Made by a program: the position numbers and the translations under genes. Source: Longimicrobiales bacterium (GTDB lineage: Bacteria; Gemmatimonadota; Gemmatimonadetes; Longimicrobiales; RSA9). Taken from it: 64,000 nt of DNA. Positions within the stretch are counted from its first letter, which is position 1. Each line of letters begins with the position of its first letter. Of the stretch, positions 25,768 to 35,574 are shown piece after piece. The stretch lies in NCBI GenBank assembly GCA_046483065.1, contig JAWODW010000037.1, forward strand, positions 71,308 to 135,307, given 5' to 3'. The notes beneath the pieces are model-generated. The model was not told the origin of the DNA, made no database searches, and saw only the letters and a program-made list of their open reading frames with translations.

Positions 25768-27189
25768 CTAGACGTCGAAGTAGAGCATCACCTCGTACGG
25801 GTGCGGGCGCGCGCGCACCGGCTGGATCTCCTTCTCCCGCTTGGTCCGGATCCAGCGCTCGATGAGCGCCTCGCTGAAGACATCGCCCTCGAGGAGGAAC
25901 GCGTGGTCGTCCTCCAACGCATCGAGGGCGGCGTCCAGCGTGGTGGGGAGCTGCCCGATCTGCGCCGCTTCCTCCGGCGGGAGGCTGAAGACGTCCTCGT
26001 CGATGGGCCCGAAGCCGTGCTCCGACGGATCGATCCGGTTCCGGATCCCGTCGATCCCCGCCATGAGCTGCGCCGCCATGGACAGGTAGATATTGCCCGT
26101 GGCGTCGGGCGGACGGAACTCCATGCGCACGGCGTCGGGGCTGGTGGCGTAGCTCGGGATCCGCACCGCGGCGCTCCGGTTGGCCAGAGAGAAGAAGCTG
26201 CGGACCGGCGCCTCGAAGCCCGGAACGAGCCGGCGGTACGAGTTGGTGCTCGGGTTCGTGATCCCGAGCAGCGCGGGCGCGTGGACCAGCAGGCCGCCCA
26301 CGTACCACCGGGCCAGGTCGCTGAGCAGCCCGTACCCCTGGGGGTCGTAGAAGAGGTTCTCGCCCCCGTTCACCAGCTGCTGGTGGAAGTGCATCCCGCT
26401 CCCGGCCTCGCCGAAGAGCGGCTTGGGCATGAACGTGGCCGTCTGCTCCGCGCCGAAGGCGGCCATCTTCGCCACGTACTTGACCAGCATCCCCATGTCG
26501 CCGGCATCCACGATCCCGGCCAGCGGGATCTCCAGCTCCACCTGGCCCGGGCCGCCCACCTCGTGGTGGTGGTACTTCACCGGCACGCTCATCCCCCGCA
26601 GGTGCTCCGACATCGCCGCCCGCAGGTTGTAGAGCCGATCCTTCGGCGGGATGGCGTGGTAGCCGCCGCCCATCGGGATCACGTGCCCGCGACCGCCGTC
26701 GGAGACCGACCACTCCGCTTCACTGGAGTCGACCCGGTACTCCGCCCGGTTCGGCCCGTTGTCGATATGGACCTCGTCGAAGACGTAGAACTCGAACTCG
26801 GGGCCCCAGCGGCTCACGGCGCCGTCCACGGTCTCCGCCAGGTACGCGTCGGCCCGGCCCGCCGTGTTCCGGGGGTCGTGGGGGTACGGCGTCTTGCTGT
26901 CCGCCTCCATGACCACGCAGATGAAGCCCAGGGTGGGCACGTCCCAGAACGGGTCGGGCGCACCGGTCTTCAGGTCCGGCACCAGCACCATGTCACCGGA
27001 AGCGATGCCCCGGAAACCGACGCTCGAGCCGTCGAAGCCCACACCGTTCTCCATGGTGTCCGTCGTGAACTGATCGGCCGGCAGCGTGACGTGATGCCAG
27101 CGCCCCCAGAGGTCGATGAACTTGAGGTCCACCATCCGGATCCCGTGGTCTTCTACATGACGCCGGGCATCCTCGAAATTGTCAAACAT
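25768..27189 (-). CDS. glnA: glutamine synthetase, type I
   Basis: ATG at 27189 (MFDNFEDARRHVEDHGIRMVDLKF). Motifs FDGSS, KPLFGEAGSGMHFH, NSYRRLVPGFEAP. Confidence 0.9.
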   Translation of the reverse strand: MFDNFEDARRHVEDHGIRMVDLKFIDLWGRWHHVTLPADQFTTDTMENGVGFDGSSVGFRGIASGDMVLVPDLKTGAPDPFWDVPTLGFICVVMEADSKTPYPHDPRNTAGRADAYLAETVDGAVSRWGPEFEFYVFDEVHIDNGPNRAEYRVDSSEAEWSVSDGGRGHVIPMGGGYHAIPPKDRLYNLRAAMSEHLRGMSVPVKYHHHEVGGPGQVELEIPLAGIVDAGDMGMLVKYVAKMAAFGAEQTATFMPKPLFGEAGSGMHFHQQLVNGGENLFYDPQGYGLLSDLARWYVGGLLVHAPALLGITNPSTNSYRRLVPGFEAPVRSFFSLANRSAAVRIPSYATSPDAVRMEFRPPDATGNIYLSMAAQLMAGIDGIRNRIDPSEHGFGPIDEDVFSLPPEEAAQIGQLPTTLDAALDALEDDHAFLLEGDVFSEALIERWIRTKREKEIQPVRARPHPYEVMLYFDV

Positions 27190-27530
27190 GTATGTATCAC
27201 TCCCGCCGGCCGTAACGGCCGTTCGTTTCGCTGTTCCAGGCTTCATCGGGCGACGCCGGACACTCAAGCTACACGCGCGACCCGGCTTCCGGTACCCGCA
27301 TCTCGACGACGGACCGCCCCGCCTTCGTTCGCGGCAGAAGACGCGAGCTGCCCGGCTCGCGCCACTGGATGGACATGATCTCTCGACTGTTCCCGGGTTC
27401 CGATGCGTGGGGGAGACAGCGGGAACCACCTCGCGGGACGGCGATTCCCGGCGGGAGCGAAGGCGGCGAGGCTGTCCCAAACCTTCCGACCATCGACGTC
27501 CGACAGATGAGCGGAGACTTCGGGACGCGT

Positions 27531-27591
27531 GGCGACCCAAAGTCTCCTTCCATTGATCCCGCAAGACGACGACCGGAAGCTTTGGGTCGCC
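27531..27591. other. long inverted repeat / potential structured RNA in the glnA-glnS intergenic region
   Basis: ggcgacccaaag (27531-27542) is the perfect reverse complement of ctttgggtcgcc (27580-27591). An inner cttcc/ggaag pairing extends the stem. Confidence 0.6.
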
Positions 27592-27660
27592 TGCCGACCC
27601 AAACCCTCATCGCGTCCCAACACCCGCGACGAACGCGGAGTTCGGGACGACGACGCCCAC

Positions 27661-27778
27661 CGACCTGGCCCACCGACCTGGCCCGCCGACCTGGCCCGCC
27701 GACCTGGCCCGCCGACCTCACCCGCCGACCTGGCCCGCCGGCCCCGTCCACCCGACCTGGCCCACCGACCCGCGCCGC
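27661..27778. repeat. 13-bp tandem repeat array, about 9 units (cgacctggccc[a/g]c)
   Basis: Six near-perfect units at 27661-27738, then three degenerate units. The period is not a multiple of 3. It lies between divergent glnA and glnS. Confidence 0.9.
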
Positions 27779-27864
27779 TCACCACCCTTCCTCCATCCCC
27801 TCCCCCGGACTTAGCTTCGATGCCGACGCCGGACCGAGACCCGAACCCGAAGCCAGAACGTCGC

Positions 27865-30231
27865 ATGGACCATAGCGAGAGCATAGCACGCCTCGAGGGC
27901 CGGGACTTCCTCCGGACCCGGGTGGCGGAGGACCTGAAGGCCGGGCGCCACGGCGGTCGGGTGGTGACCCGGTTCCCGCCGGAGCCCAACGGCTACCTCC
28001 ACATCGGCCACGCCAAGTCCATCTGCCTGAACTTCGGGATCGCCGAGGAAGTGGACGGCGCCGTCTGCCACCTCCGGTTCGACGACACGAACCCGGAGAC
28101 CGAGGACATGAAGTACGTCGAGGCCGCGAAGCGCGACGTGACGTGGCTCGGCTTCAGCTGGGGCGACCACCTCTACTTCGCCTCCGACTACTTCGAGACC
28201 ATGTACGAGGTGGGCGAGCACCTGATCCGGGAGGGGAAGGCGTACGTCGACAGCCAGTCCGAGGAGGAGATCCGGGAGAACCGGGGTACCGTGACGGAGC
28301 CGGGCACGGCGAGCCCGTTCCGGGACCGGTCGGTGGAGGAGAACCTGGACCTGTTCCGCCGGATGCGTGCCGGCGAGTTCGGGAACGGCGCCCACGTGCT
28401 GCGGGCGAAGATCGACATGGCCAGCCCGAACATGCTCATGCGCGATCCATTGCTGTATCGGATCCGCCACGCCGAGCATTACCGCACCGGCGACGACTGG
28501 TGCATCTACCCGATGTACGACTACGCCCACCCCCTCGAGGACACCATCGAGGACGTGACCCACTCGTTCTGCACCCTCGAGTTCGAGATCAACCGGGCCG
28601 TCTACGACTGGGTGGTGGAGAACGCGCCGCTGGACGCGCGTCCGCGCCAGACCGAGTTCGCACGGCTCAACCTCGACTACACCCTCATGAGCAAGCGGAA
28701 GCTCAAGGTGCTGGTGGACGAGGGCCGGGTGGATGGCTGGGACGACCCGCGCATGCCCACCATCGCCGGGATCCGACGCCGGGGCTACACCCCCGCCTCG
28801 ATCCGCGCCTTCGCCGACATGATCGGCGTGGCCAAGACCGACAGCCGCGTGGACATGGGCAAGCTCGAGTTCGCCGTCCGCGACCACCTGAACGACCGGG
28901 CCCCGCGGCGCATGGCCGTCCTTCGACCGCTCCCCGTCACCCTGACCAACTACCCCGACGGCGAGGCGGAGGAGATCGAGGCCGCCGACTGGCCCCGGGA
29001 CGTGGGCCGGGAAGGGTCGCGGCCCGTGCCGTTCTCCGGTCGGATCCTCATCGAGCGAAGCGACTTCTCCGCCGACCCGCCCGCCGGGTGGAAGCGCCTG
29101 GCACCCGGCACCGCCGTCCGCCTCCGCCACGGCTACGTCATCCGCTGCGACGACGTGGTCACCGACGCCGCCGGCGAGCCCACCGAGCTCCGCTGCAGCT
29201 ACGCGCCCGAGAGCCTGGACGGGCCGGTGCCCCCGGTGCCGGACGACTGGGAGGTCCGGGGCGCCATCCACTGGGTCGACGCCGAGCGGTCGGTCCCCGC
29301 CGAGGTCCGGCTCTACGACCGCCTCTTCCGCGTGCCCGACCCCGACGCCGAGGCCGCCGCGTCCGGCGAGCCGTTCACCGCGTTCCTGAACCCCGACTCG
29401 CTGGTGACTGTGGAGGGCCGCGTGGAACCGTCGGTCACCGTGGACGAGCCCGGTACCCGCTACCAGTTCGAGCGCCTGGGCTACTTTATGAGCGACCCGG
29501 AGGACTCGTCCGCCGACGGGCTCGTCTTCAACCGGACCGTCACGCTCCGGGACACGTGGAGCGGGAAAGCCGGCGACGGCGGCGCCCCCGCCCCTGAAGA
29601 GGAGCCCGAAGCCCGGGGCGGCCCCGAGCTCTCCGCCGAGGAGCACAGGGCGCTGCGGGAGGCCGCGGCGCCGGAGCGCTCGCCGGAGCTGGAAGCCCGC
29701 CGTCGTCGCTTCACCGACGAGCTTGGCATCGACGCCGAGGACGCCGAGCTGCTGACCCGGGAAGCCGCCACCGCCGACTTCTTCGAGAACGCGCTGGAGG
29801 CCGGCCCCGGGGCCGCCTTCAACCAGCGGGTGGCCAACTGGATGGTGAACGAGCTGCCCCGGGAGATCGGCGACCGGCCACTGGCCAACCTGCCGTTCGC
29901 CGCCACCGACTTCGGTGCGCTGGTGACGCTCATCGCCGACGGCACACTGTCCAGCAGCGCCGCCCGGGAGGTGCTGGCCGAGATGGTGGAGACGGGCGGG
30001 CGCCCGGACGAGATCGTGGACGCGAAGGGCCTCCGCCAGGTCAGCGACGCCGACGCGCTGGCGGAGACCATCGGCCAGATCCTGGCGAAGCACCCGGACA
30101 AGGTGGACGCCTACCGGGCCGGTCAGACCGGGCTGCTCGGCTTCTTCATGGGCCAGGTCATGCGGGAGACGGGCGGGAAGGCGAACCCCGGGGTGGCGAA
30201 GGGGCTGCTGGAGGAGCGGCTGGTCGGCTGA
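27865..30231 (+). CDS. glnS: glutaminyl-tRNA synthetase with a C-terminal YqeY/GatB-like appended domain
   Basis: ATG at 27865 (alternative 27820). HIGH motif (PEPNGYLHIGHAKS), KMSKS-type LMSKRKL. The C-terminal ~220 aa are an acidic linker plus a GatB_Yqey-like helical domain (VANWMVNELPREI .. GFFMGQVMRETGGKANP). Confidence 0.9.
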   Translation: MDHSESIARLEGRDFLRTRVAEDLKAGRHGGRVVTRFPPEPNGYLHIGHAKSICLNFGIAEEVDGAVCHLRFDDTNPETEDMKYVEAAKRDVTWLGFSWGDHLYFASDYFETMYEVGEHLIREGKAYVDSQSEEEIRENRGTVTEPGTASPFRDRSVEENLDLFRRMRAGEFGNGAHVLRAKIDMASPNMLMRDPLLYRIRHAEHYRTGDDWCIYPMYDYAHPLEDTIEDVTHSFCTLEFEINRAVYDWVVENAPLDARPRQTEFARLNLDYTLMSKRKLKVLVDEGRVDGWDDPRMPTIAGIRRRGYTPASIRAFADMIGVAKTDSRVDMGKLEFAVRDHLNDRAPRRMAVLRPLPVTLTNYPDGEAEEIEAADWPRDVGREGSRPVPFSGRILIERSDFSADPPAGWKRLAPGTAVRLRHGYVIRCDDVVTDAAGEPTELRCSYAPESLDGPVPPVPDDWEVRGAIHWVDAERSVPAEVRLYDRLFRVPDPDAEAAASGEPFTAFLNPDSLVTVEGRVEPSVTVDEPGTRYQFERLGYFMSDPEDSSADGLVFNRTVTLRDTWSGKAGDGGAPAPEEEPEARGGPELSAEEHRALREAAAPERSPELEARRRRFTDELGIDAEDAELLTREAATADFFENALEAGPGAAFNQRVANWMVNELPREIGDRPLANLPFAATDFGALVTLIADGTLSSSAAREVLAEMVETGGRPDEIVDAKGLRQVSDADALAETIGQILAKHPDKVDAYRAGQTGLLGFFMGQVMRETGGKANPGVAKGLLEERLVG

Positions 30232-30330
30232 GCCCCGCGAGGCCGGGGCCGTCCGCCGCCGATACTCCCGATGGACCATCGACCCGGTCATGAGGGTATG
30301 GCCGGTCGAACCTTTGGATGAGAGAGCGCC

Positions 30331-31032
30331 ATGCACACGATCGACCACGACGTAACGGACCCCACCGACCTGGAGATCCCGGACGAGACGCTGGCGGAGT
30401 GGCAGAGCCTCGTGGACACCATGGCCGAGCTCGCCGGCATCCCGGCGGGGCTCATCATGCGCCTGACCGACGACGACATCGAGGTCTTTCTCTCCAGTGA
30501 CACCGCTGGGAACCCGTACGAGCCCGGGGACCGGGAGCACTTCGAGGACTCGGGCCTCTACTGCGAGACCGTGATCAGGAGCAACGAAGCGCTCCTGGTC
30601 CCCGACGCGCTGGCCGATCCGGACTGGGAGGACAATCCGGATGTGAAGCTCGGGATGATCTCCTACCTGGGCTATCCCATCCTGCTGCCGAACCAGACGC
30701 CCTTCGGCACCATCTGCATCCTGGACGACGAAGCCAACGAGTACTCCGGACCCGTCCGCGCGCTCATCCCCAAGTTCCGCGACCTCATCGAGTACCACCT
30801 CGAGCTGCTCTACATGAACCAGGTGCTCGGCGAGCAGAACCGACGATTCAGCGACCACCTCGAGGAGATCCACGCCCTGCGTGGGCTCATCCCCATCTGC
30901 GCCTGGTGCAAGAAGATCAAGGACGACGAGGGGTACTGGAACGCAGTGGAGAAATACCTGGCCCGCTTCCCGGACACCCGGTTCTCCCACGCCATCTGCC
31001 CCGATTGCGCCGCCAGCCGGATTGACGTCTAA
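30331..31032 (+). CDS. GAF-like sensor protein with a C-terminal CxxC...HxxCxxC cysteine module
   Basis: The GAF-like core includes FGTICILDDEANEYS. The C-terminus is IPICAWCKKIKDDEGYWNAVEKYLARFPDTRFSHAICPDCAA. Confidence 0.65.
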   Translation: MHTIDHDVTDPTDLEIPDETLAEWQSLVDTMAELAGIPAGLIMRLTDDDIEVFLSSDTAGNPYEPGDREHFEDSGLYCETVIRSNEALLVPDALADPDWEDNPDVKLGMISYLGYPILLPNQTPFGTICILDDEANEYSGPVRALIPKFRDLIEYHLELLYMNQVLGEQNRRFSDHLEEIHALRGLIPICAWCKKIKDDEGYWNAVEKYLARFPDTRFSHAICPDCAASRIDV

Positions 31033-31077
31033 TACGGGCCGGAAGCAACGCAGACAACGCCCGCAGAGAGACCGCCC

Positions 31078-32046
31078 GTGCTGACCACCTTTCTCGCCCT
31101 CGAGATCCCGTACCCGTTCATCGACCCGGTGCTCCTCGACCTGCCGGGGCCGCTCTCGGTCCGATGGTACGGGCTCATGTACCTGGTGGGGTTCGCCTTC
31201 GCCTACTACGCGCTGAGCCGCCTCACGGAATGGGGATTCCTCGAGCTCGAGAAGGAGAAGGTCGGCGACTTCATCGGATACTTGGTGCTCGGCGTCATCC
31301 TCGGCGGCCGGCTCGGCTACATCCTCTTCTACGCACTCGACGACTACATCCGCGACCCGCTCCTGACGCTCCAGATCTGGCGGGGCGGCCTCTCGTTCCA
31401 CGGCGGGCTGATCGGCGTGATCGTCACCGCGGCCCTCTTCGCACGCGCGCATGGCATCCGGTTCTCCCGGCTCCTGGACAGCCTGGCCGCCGCCGTGCCC
31501 GTCGGGATCTTCTTCGTCCGGATGGCGAATTTCGTCAACGGCGAGCTCTACGGTCGAGTCGCCGACGCCGACGTGCCGTGGGCGATCCGGTTCCCCACCG
31601 ACCCCGTGGCACTCCGCCTCATGGACATCGGGCCGGGCTCCATTCAGGCCCGGGAGGACGCGATCCTCGCCGCCCACGAGAGCGGCCTCTGGGACGCGAT
31701 CCGGGACCAGGTCCCGCTCCGCCACCCGTCCCAGGTCTACGAGGCTCTCGGCGAGGGACTCCTGGTCGGGGCGGTCCTCTGGACGGTGCTCATCGTCGCC
31801 CGCCGACGGCAGAAGTGGCCGCCGGCGGGCGCCATGGCCGGGCTCTTCTTCATCGGCTACGGTGGGGTCCGCACCTTTGTCGAGCTCTTCCGTCAGCCCG
31901 ACGCCCAGTTCCGGGGCCCCGACGACCCGCTGGGCACGGTCCTCGGTCCGCTCACCATGGGCCAGACCCTCAGCCTCTTCATGGTGCTGGTCGGGATTGC
32001 GGGGCTGGTCTGGGCGTTCCGCCGGGAGCGCGGGCAGGCGGCGTAA
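31078..32046 (+). CDS. lgt: prolipoprotein diacylglyceryl transferase
   Basis: GTG start. Lgt pattern (VRWYGLMYLVGF .. IWRGGLSFHGGLIG .. RHPSQVYEAL). Confidence 0.9.
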   Translation: MLTTFLALEIPYPFIDPVLLDLPGPLSVRWYGLMYLVGFAFAYYALSRLTEWGFLELEKEKVGDFIGYLVLGVILGGRLGYILFYALDDYIRDPLLTLQIWRGGLSFHGGLIGVIVTAALFARAHGIRFSRLLDSLAAAVPVGIFFVRMANFVNGELYGRVADADVPWAIRFPTDPVALRLMDIGPGSIQAREDAILAAHESGLWDAIRDQVPLRHPSQVYEALGEGLLVGAVLWTVLIVARRRQKWPPAGAMAGLFFIGYGGVRTFVELFRQPDAQFRGPDDPLGTVLGPLTMGQTLSLFMVLVGIAGLVWAFRRERGQAA

Positions 32047-32147
32047 GGCGCGGTCCAGGCGGACGGGTCTGGAGAGGGAGAAGTACGAGGCGGAGGTACA
32101 GGTACAGGCCGAGGTAGAGGGGAGAGGAAGGAGGGAGCGGGGCGCTC

Positions 32148-33032
32148 TCAGACCTCCACCGTGTTCGCCAGCACGTGGACGAGGGTCGGTGCCAGCAGGT
32201 TCCGCGTCCGGTGGAAGATCACCCCCATGGCCAGCCCCATCGGCGCCTGTATCACCACGTTCAGCGCCGCCGCGATCCACAGGTCGCCGCCGGACCAGTC
32301 CGGGATCGAGTCGAGGTGCCACCACCCGAACGCCAGGCTCGCCAGCACCAACCCCCACTCCGGTGTCCACAGCCGGGCGATCCGGGTCTGCACCAGTCCC
32401 CGCCACAGGAACTCCTCGCCGAACCCGTTCTGGAAGAGGTTGGAGACCGCCGCCCGGAGGATCTGTCCCGGGCCGGCCTGCCCGCTGACCACGTACCACA
32501 CCCACGCCGCCACCACCGGCGCACCCCACACGGCCGTCACCCGCCACGACCGCCAGCCCTTCCCGAACCCGATCCCCCTCCAGCGTGCGCCGAGCGCCAG
32601 CACCAGGGCACCGGGGACCAGGACGTACAGGACCGGGTTCAGCAGATAGCTCGCGTTCGGGACTGGCAGCCCCTGGCCCCAGCGATAGGCCGCCCGGATG
32701 AACGACGACCAGACGGGGATGTCCGCAAACCGGAACATGGCCAGCCCGGCCATCCCCAGGACCACGATGAGCTGGGCCGCGAGCCGACGCCGGGAAGCCT
32801 CGCGGGGACGGCCGGCACCCTCGTCGCCTGAAGGAGCGCCGCCCCGGGTGAGCCAGAATGTGAGCGCCACAAACGCGCCGAGCAGCGCCCCCGCCCCCAC
32901 CGCCGCGCCGACCCAGTGCCACTCGTCCCGGATGGCCAGAAACGCCACCGCCAGGAGCCAGATCCCGCCGAAGGTGAGGGCCGGGAGGCGGTACGCCCGG
33001 TGCGGTCCCACGGGTGGCCGGCCTGCCGTCAC
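32148..33032 (-). CDS. CPBP-family intramembrane glutamic endopeptidase (CAAX protease-like)
   Basis: Motifs EEFLWRG, FGWWH, HVLAN. A GTG start at 33032 is proposed (frame arithmetic), giving a GTGA overlap with the tkt stop. The track ORF extends to 33164. Confidence 0.7.
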   Translation of the reverse strand: MTAGRPPVGPHRAYRLPALTFGGIWLLAVAFLAIRDEWHWVGAAVGAGALLGAFVALTFWLTRGGAPSGDEGAGRPREASRRRLAAQLIVVLGMAGLAMFRFADIPVWSSFIRAAYRWGQGLPVPNASYLLNPVLYVLVPGALVLALGARWRGIGFGKGWRSWRVTAVWGAPVVAAWVWYVVSGQAGPGQILRAAVSNLFQNGFGEEFLWRGLVQTRIARLWTPEWGLVLASLAFGWWHLDSIPDWSGGDLWIAAALNVVIQAPMGLAMGVIFHRTRNLLAPTLVHVLANTVEV

Positions 33033-35017
33033 TCCTCCAGCAGCGCCCGGGCCCGCTCCACCACCCGCTCCGGGGTGAAGCCCAGCTTCTCCATGACCGT
33101 GGCGCCCGGCGCCGAAGCGCCGAAGCGGTCCAGGCCGATGATGGCCCCGTGCTCGCCGACCCACTCGTGCCAGCCCAGGGGGCTGGCGGCCTCGATGGCC
33201 AGCCGCGGCACGCCGGCCGGGAGCACATCGGCGCGGTAGCTGTCGTCCTGCTCCCGGAACAGCTCCAGCGACGGCAGCGAGACCACCCGTACGGCCACGC
33301 CCTCACCCCGCAGCGTCTCCGCGGCGCTCATGGCCAGGGAGACCTCGGAGCCGGTGGCCAGGAGCACCAGGTCGGGGCTGCCGTCGGCGTCGTCGAGGAT
33401 GTAGCCGCCCCGGGGCACGCCGTCACGGATCGGATAGCGCTCCGGGTCCAGCACCGGCACCCCCTGACGCGTCAGCGAGAACGCCACCGGCCGGTCCAGC
33501 GTCATGGCCGTCCGCCACGCCTCCGCCGTCTCGTTGGCGTCCGCGGGCCGGAAGACCACCAGGTGCGGGATCGACCGCAGCCCCGCGAGCTGCTCCACCG
33601 GCTGGTGCGTGGGCCCGTCCTCGCCCACGCCGATGCTGTCGTGCGTGAAGACGAAGCGCGGCGCCAGCCCCGTGAGCGCCGCGAGCCGGATCGACGGCTT
33701 CATGTAATCGCTGAAGATGAGGAACGTGCCCGCGTACGGGATCACGCCGCCGTGCAGCGCCATCCCGTTCACCGCGGCGCCCATGGCGTGCTCCCGTACG
33801 CCGAAGTGGATGTTGCGCCCGGGGTGGTCGGACGAGGCCAGGCTGGTCTCGCCGTCCAGCATCGTCTTGTTCGATGGCGCCAGGTCGGCGGAGCCGCCCA
33901 GCAGCGTCGGCACCCGCCGGGCTAGCCCGTTCAGCACCTTCCCGCCCGCCGCCCGCGTGGCCAGCTTCTTCTCCCCCGCCGGGAACGACGGGATCTCCGC
34001 GTCCCACCCGTCGGGCAGCCCGCCGGCCATGGCCGTGTCGAGCTCTGCGGCAGGCGACGGGTGGGCCTCCCGGTACGCGGCCATCCGCTCCGTCCACTCC
34101 TCGTGCAGCCGTCGGCCACGCTCCGACGGGGCCGCGAACGCCTCGTACGCCTCGTCGGGGACGTGGAACCGGTCCGCCGGCCAGCCGAGCTTCTCCCGGG
34201 TCGCCTCCAGCGCCTCCTCGCCCAGCGGCGCGCCGTGGGACGACGCGTCGTCCTGCTTCGGGCTGCCGAACCCGATGTGGGTCCGGACCCGGATCAGAGA
34301 CGGTCGGTCGGTCTCGGCCCGGGCGGCGCCGATGGCCGCCTCGATGGCCGCCAGGTCCTCGCCCGCGTCCACGCCCTGCACGTGCCAGCCGTAGGCCTCG
34401 AACCGCCGCTCCACGTCCTCCGTGAACGCCAGCTCCGTGCTGCCCTCGATGGAAATGTGGTTGTCGTCGTAGAGGTAGACCAGCTTGCCGAGCTGCATGT
34501 GCCCGGCCAGCGACGCGGCCTCCGAGGCGATCCCCTCCATGAGGTCGCCGTCGGAGACGATGGCGTAGACGTGGTGGTCCAGGATCTCGTGGTCCGGGCG
34601 GTTGTAGCGATGGGCCAGGAACCGCTCGGCCATGGCCATCCCCACGCCGTTGCCGAAGCCCTGGCCCAGTGGCCCGGTGGTGGCCTCCACGCCCGGCGTG
34701 AGGTGGGCCTCCGGGTGCCCCGGCGTGCGGCTGCCCCACTGGCGGAAGTCCCGGAGCTCGTCCAGCCCCAGGCGGTAGCCCGACAGGTGCAGGAGCCCGT
34801 AGAGGAGCATGGAGCCGTGGCCGGCGGAGAGGACGAACCGGTCGCGGTCGAACCAGCTCGGGTCGTCGGCGTCGTAGCGGAGGAAGCGGGTCCACAGCAC
34901 GTACGCCATGGGTGCCGCGCCCATGGGCATGCCCGGGTGTCCCGAGTTCGCGTTCTCCACGGCGTCCGCCGCCAGAAAACGCAGTGTGTTCACCGCCAGC
35001 CTGTCCCTGTCAGTCAT
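33029..35017 (-). CDS. tkt: transketolase
   Basis: 662 aa. N-terminus [30 protein letters not shown]-binding SDGDLMEGI. Confidence 0.95.
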   Translation of the reverse strand: MTDRDRLAVNTLRFLAADAVENANSGHPGMPMGAAPMAYVLWTRFLRYDADDPSWFDRDRFVLSAGHGSMLLYGLLHLSGYRLGLDELRDFRQWGSRTPGHPEAHLTPGVEATTGPLGQGFGNGVGMAMAERFLAHRYNRPDHEILDHHVYAIVSDGDLMEGIASEAASLAGHMQLGKLVYLYDDNHISIEGSTELAFTEDVERRFEAYGWHVQGVDAGEDLAAIEAAIGAARAETDRPSLIRVRTHIGFGSPKQDDASSHGAPLGEEALEATREKLGWPADRFHVPDEAYEAFAAPSERGRRLHEEWTERMAAYREAHPSPAAELDTAMAGGLPDGWDAEIPSFPAGEKKLATRAAGGKVLNGLARRVPTLLGGSADLAPSNKTMLDGETSLASSDHPGRNIHFGVREHAMGAAVNGMALHGGVIPYAGTFLIFSDYMKPSIRLAALTGLAPRFVFTHDSIGVGEDGPTHQPVEQLAGLRSIPHLVVFRPADANETAEAWRTAMTLDRPVAFSLTRQGVPVLDPERYPIRDGVPRGGYILDDADGSPDLVLLATGSEVSLAMSAAETLRGEGVAVRVVSLPSLELFREQDDSYRADVLPAGVPRLAIEAASPLGWHEWVGEHGAIIGLDRFGASAPGATVMEKLGFTPERVVERARALLEE

Positions 35018-35162
35018 TCCGATGGATCCCGTTGGGTCGTCGTGTTCGTGGGCGCCTACAACCTACACGACTCCCCCTGTCACGAACACCGTCGGTTCAC
35101 CCCTTTCGGAACCGGGCGGGCGCCTGGTCCGGGGGCTGCCGCGCTGCCGGCCGACGTGGGGC

Positions 35163-35537
35163 TCAGGTGGGGCTGCACGCGGTACAGGTCGGGGTCTCCG
35201 GGAACACCTGGAGCCGGGCGAACGGGATGGCGCCGCCGCACTCCGTGCACACGCCGTACGTGCCCTCCTCCATGCGCTGGAACGCGGTCACGATCTGGCC
35301 GAGCTTGGCCTGCTCCCGCTCCTGGAGGTTCCGGGTGAGCCCCTGGTTCTGGAGGGAGTCGATCCGTGACAGCCGACCCACGGCCGTCTGGTCCAGCTCT
35401 ACGGGGCGCATGGCCTCTTCCGTGGTGCGCATGCTCCGCTCGAGCTTCTTCACGGCCCGGTCGAGCTCGGCCGTGAGCTCCTCGATCTGGTCGGTGGTCA
35501 GGTGATTCAACGGCGGCTTTCCGTGGAATGGGCGCAC
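35163..35537 (-). CDS. DksA/TraR-family C4 zinc-finger protein
   Basis: Coiled-coil N-terminus and a CTECGGAI...CTAC zinc finger. Confidence 0.75.
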   Translation of the reverse strand: MRPFHGKPPLNHLTTDQIEELTAELDRAVKKLERSMRTTEEAMRPVELDQTAVGRLSRIDSLQNQGLTRNLQEREQAKLGQIVTAFQRMEEGTYGVCTECGGAIPFARLQVFPETPTCTACSPT

Positions 35538-35574
35538 CAGCAGTGCCGGAATATAGCCGGAAATCGCGGACGGT

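Noticed and set aside
27190-27330. Glutamine riboswitch or other known leader upstream of glnA
   Set aside because: I could not recognise the conserved glnA-RNA motif by eye; only a small cggcc/ggccg hairpin is present. A covariance-model scan would be needed to decide.
27661-27778. Tandem array considered as a CRISPR array
   Set aside because: The units are contiguous with no spacers, the unit length is only 13 bp, and no cas genes are in the window.
27529-27864. N-terminal extension of glnS (Pro-rich, PTWPADLARRPGPP repeats)
   Set aside because: It is a translation of the 13-bp tandem array, whose period is not divisible by 3. The canonical GlnRS N-terminus begins at the ATG at 27865.
32060-32140. 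Purine-rich (G/A) tract between convergent lgt and the CPBP gene
   Set aside because: It is real in the sequence, but I can attach no function to it. It is probably just a convergent 3' spacer.
27811-33306. 1831-aa minus-strand ORF, the longest in the track
   Set aside because: It is antisense to glnS, the GAF gene and lgt, all of which have clear family motifs. Its translation is Arg/Gly/Pro/Val/Asp-rich with no recognisable domain. It is a typical stop-free antisense frame in high-GC DNA.
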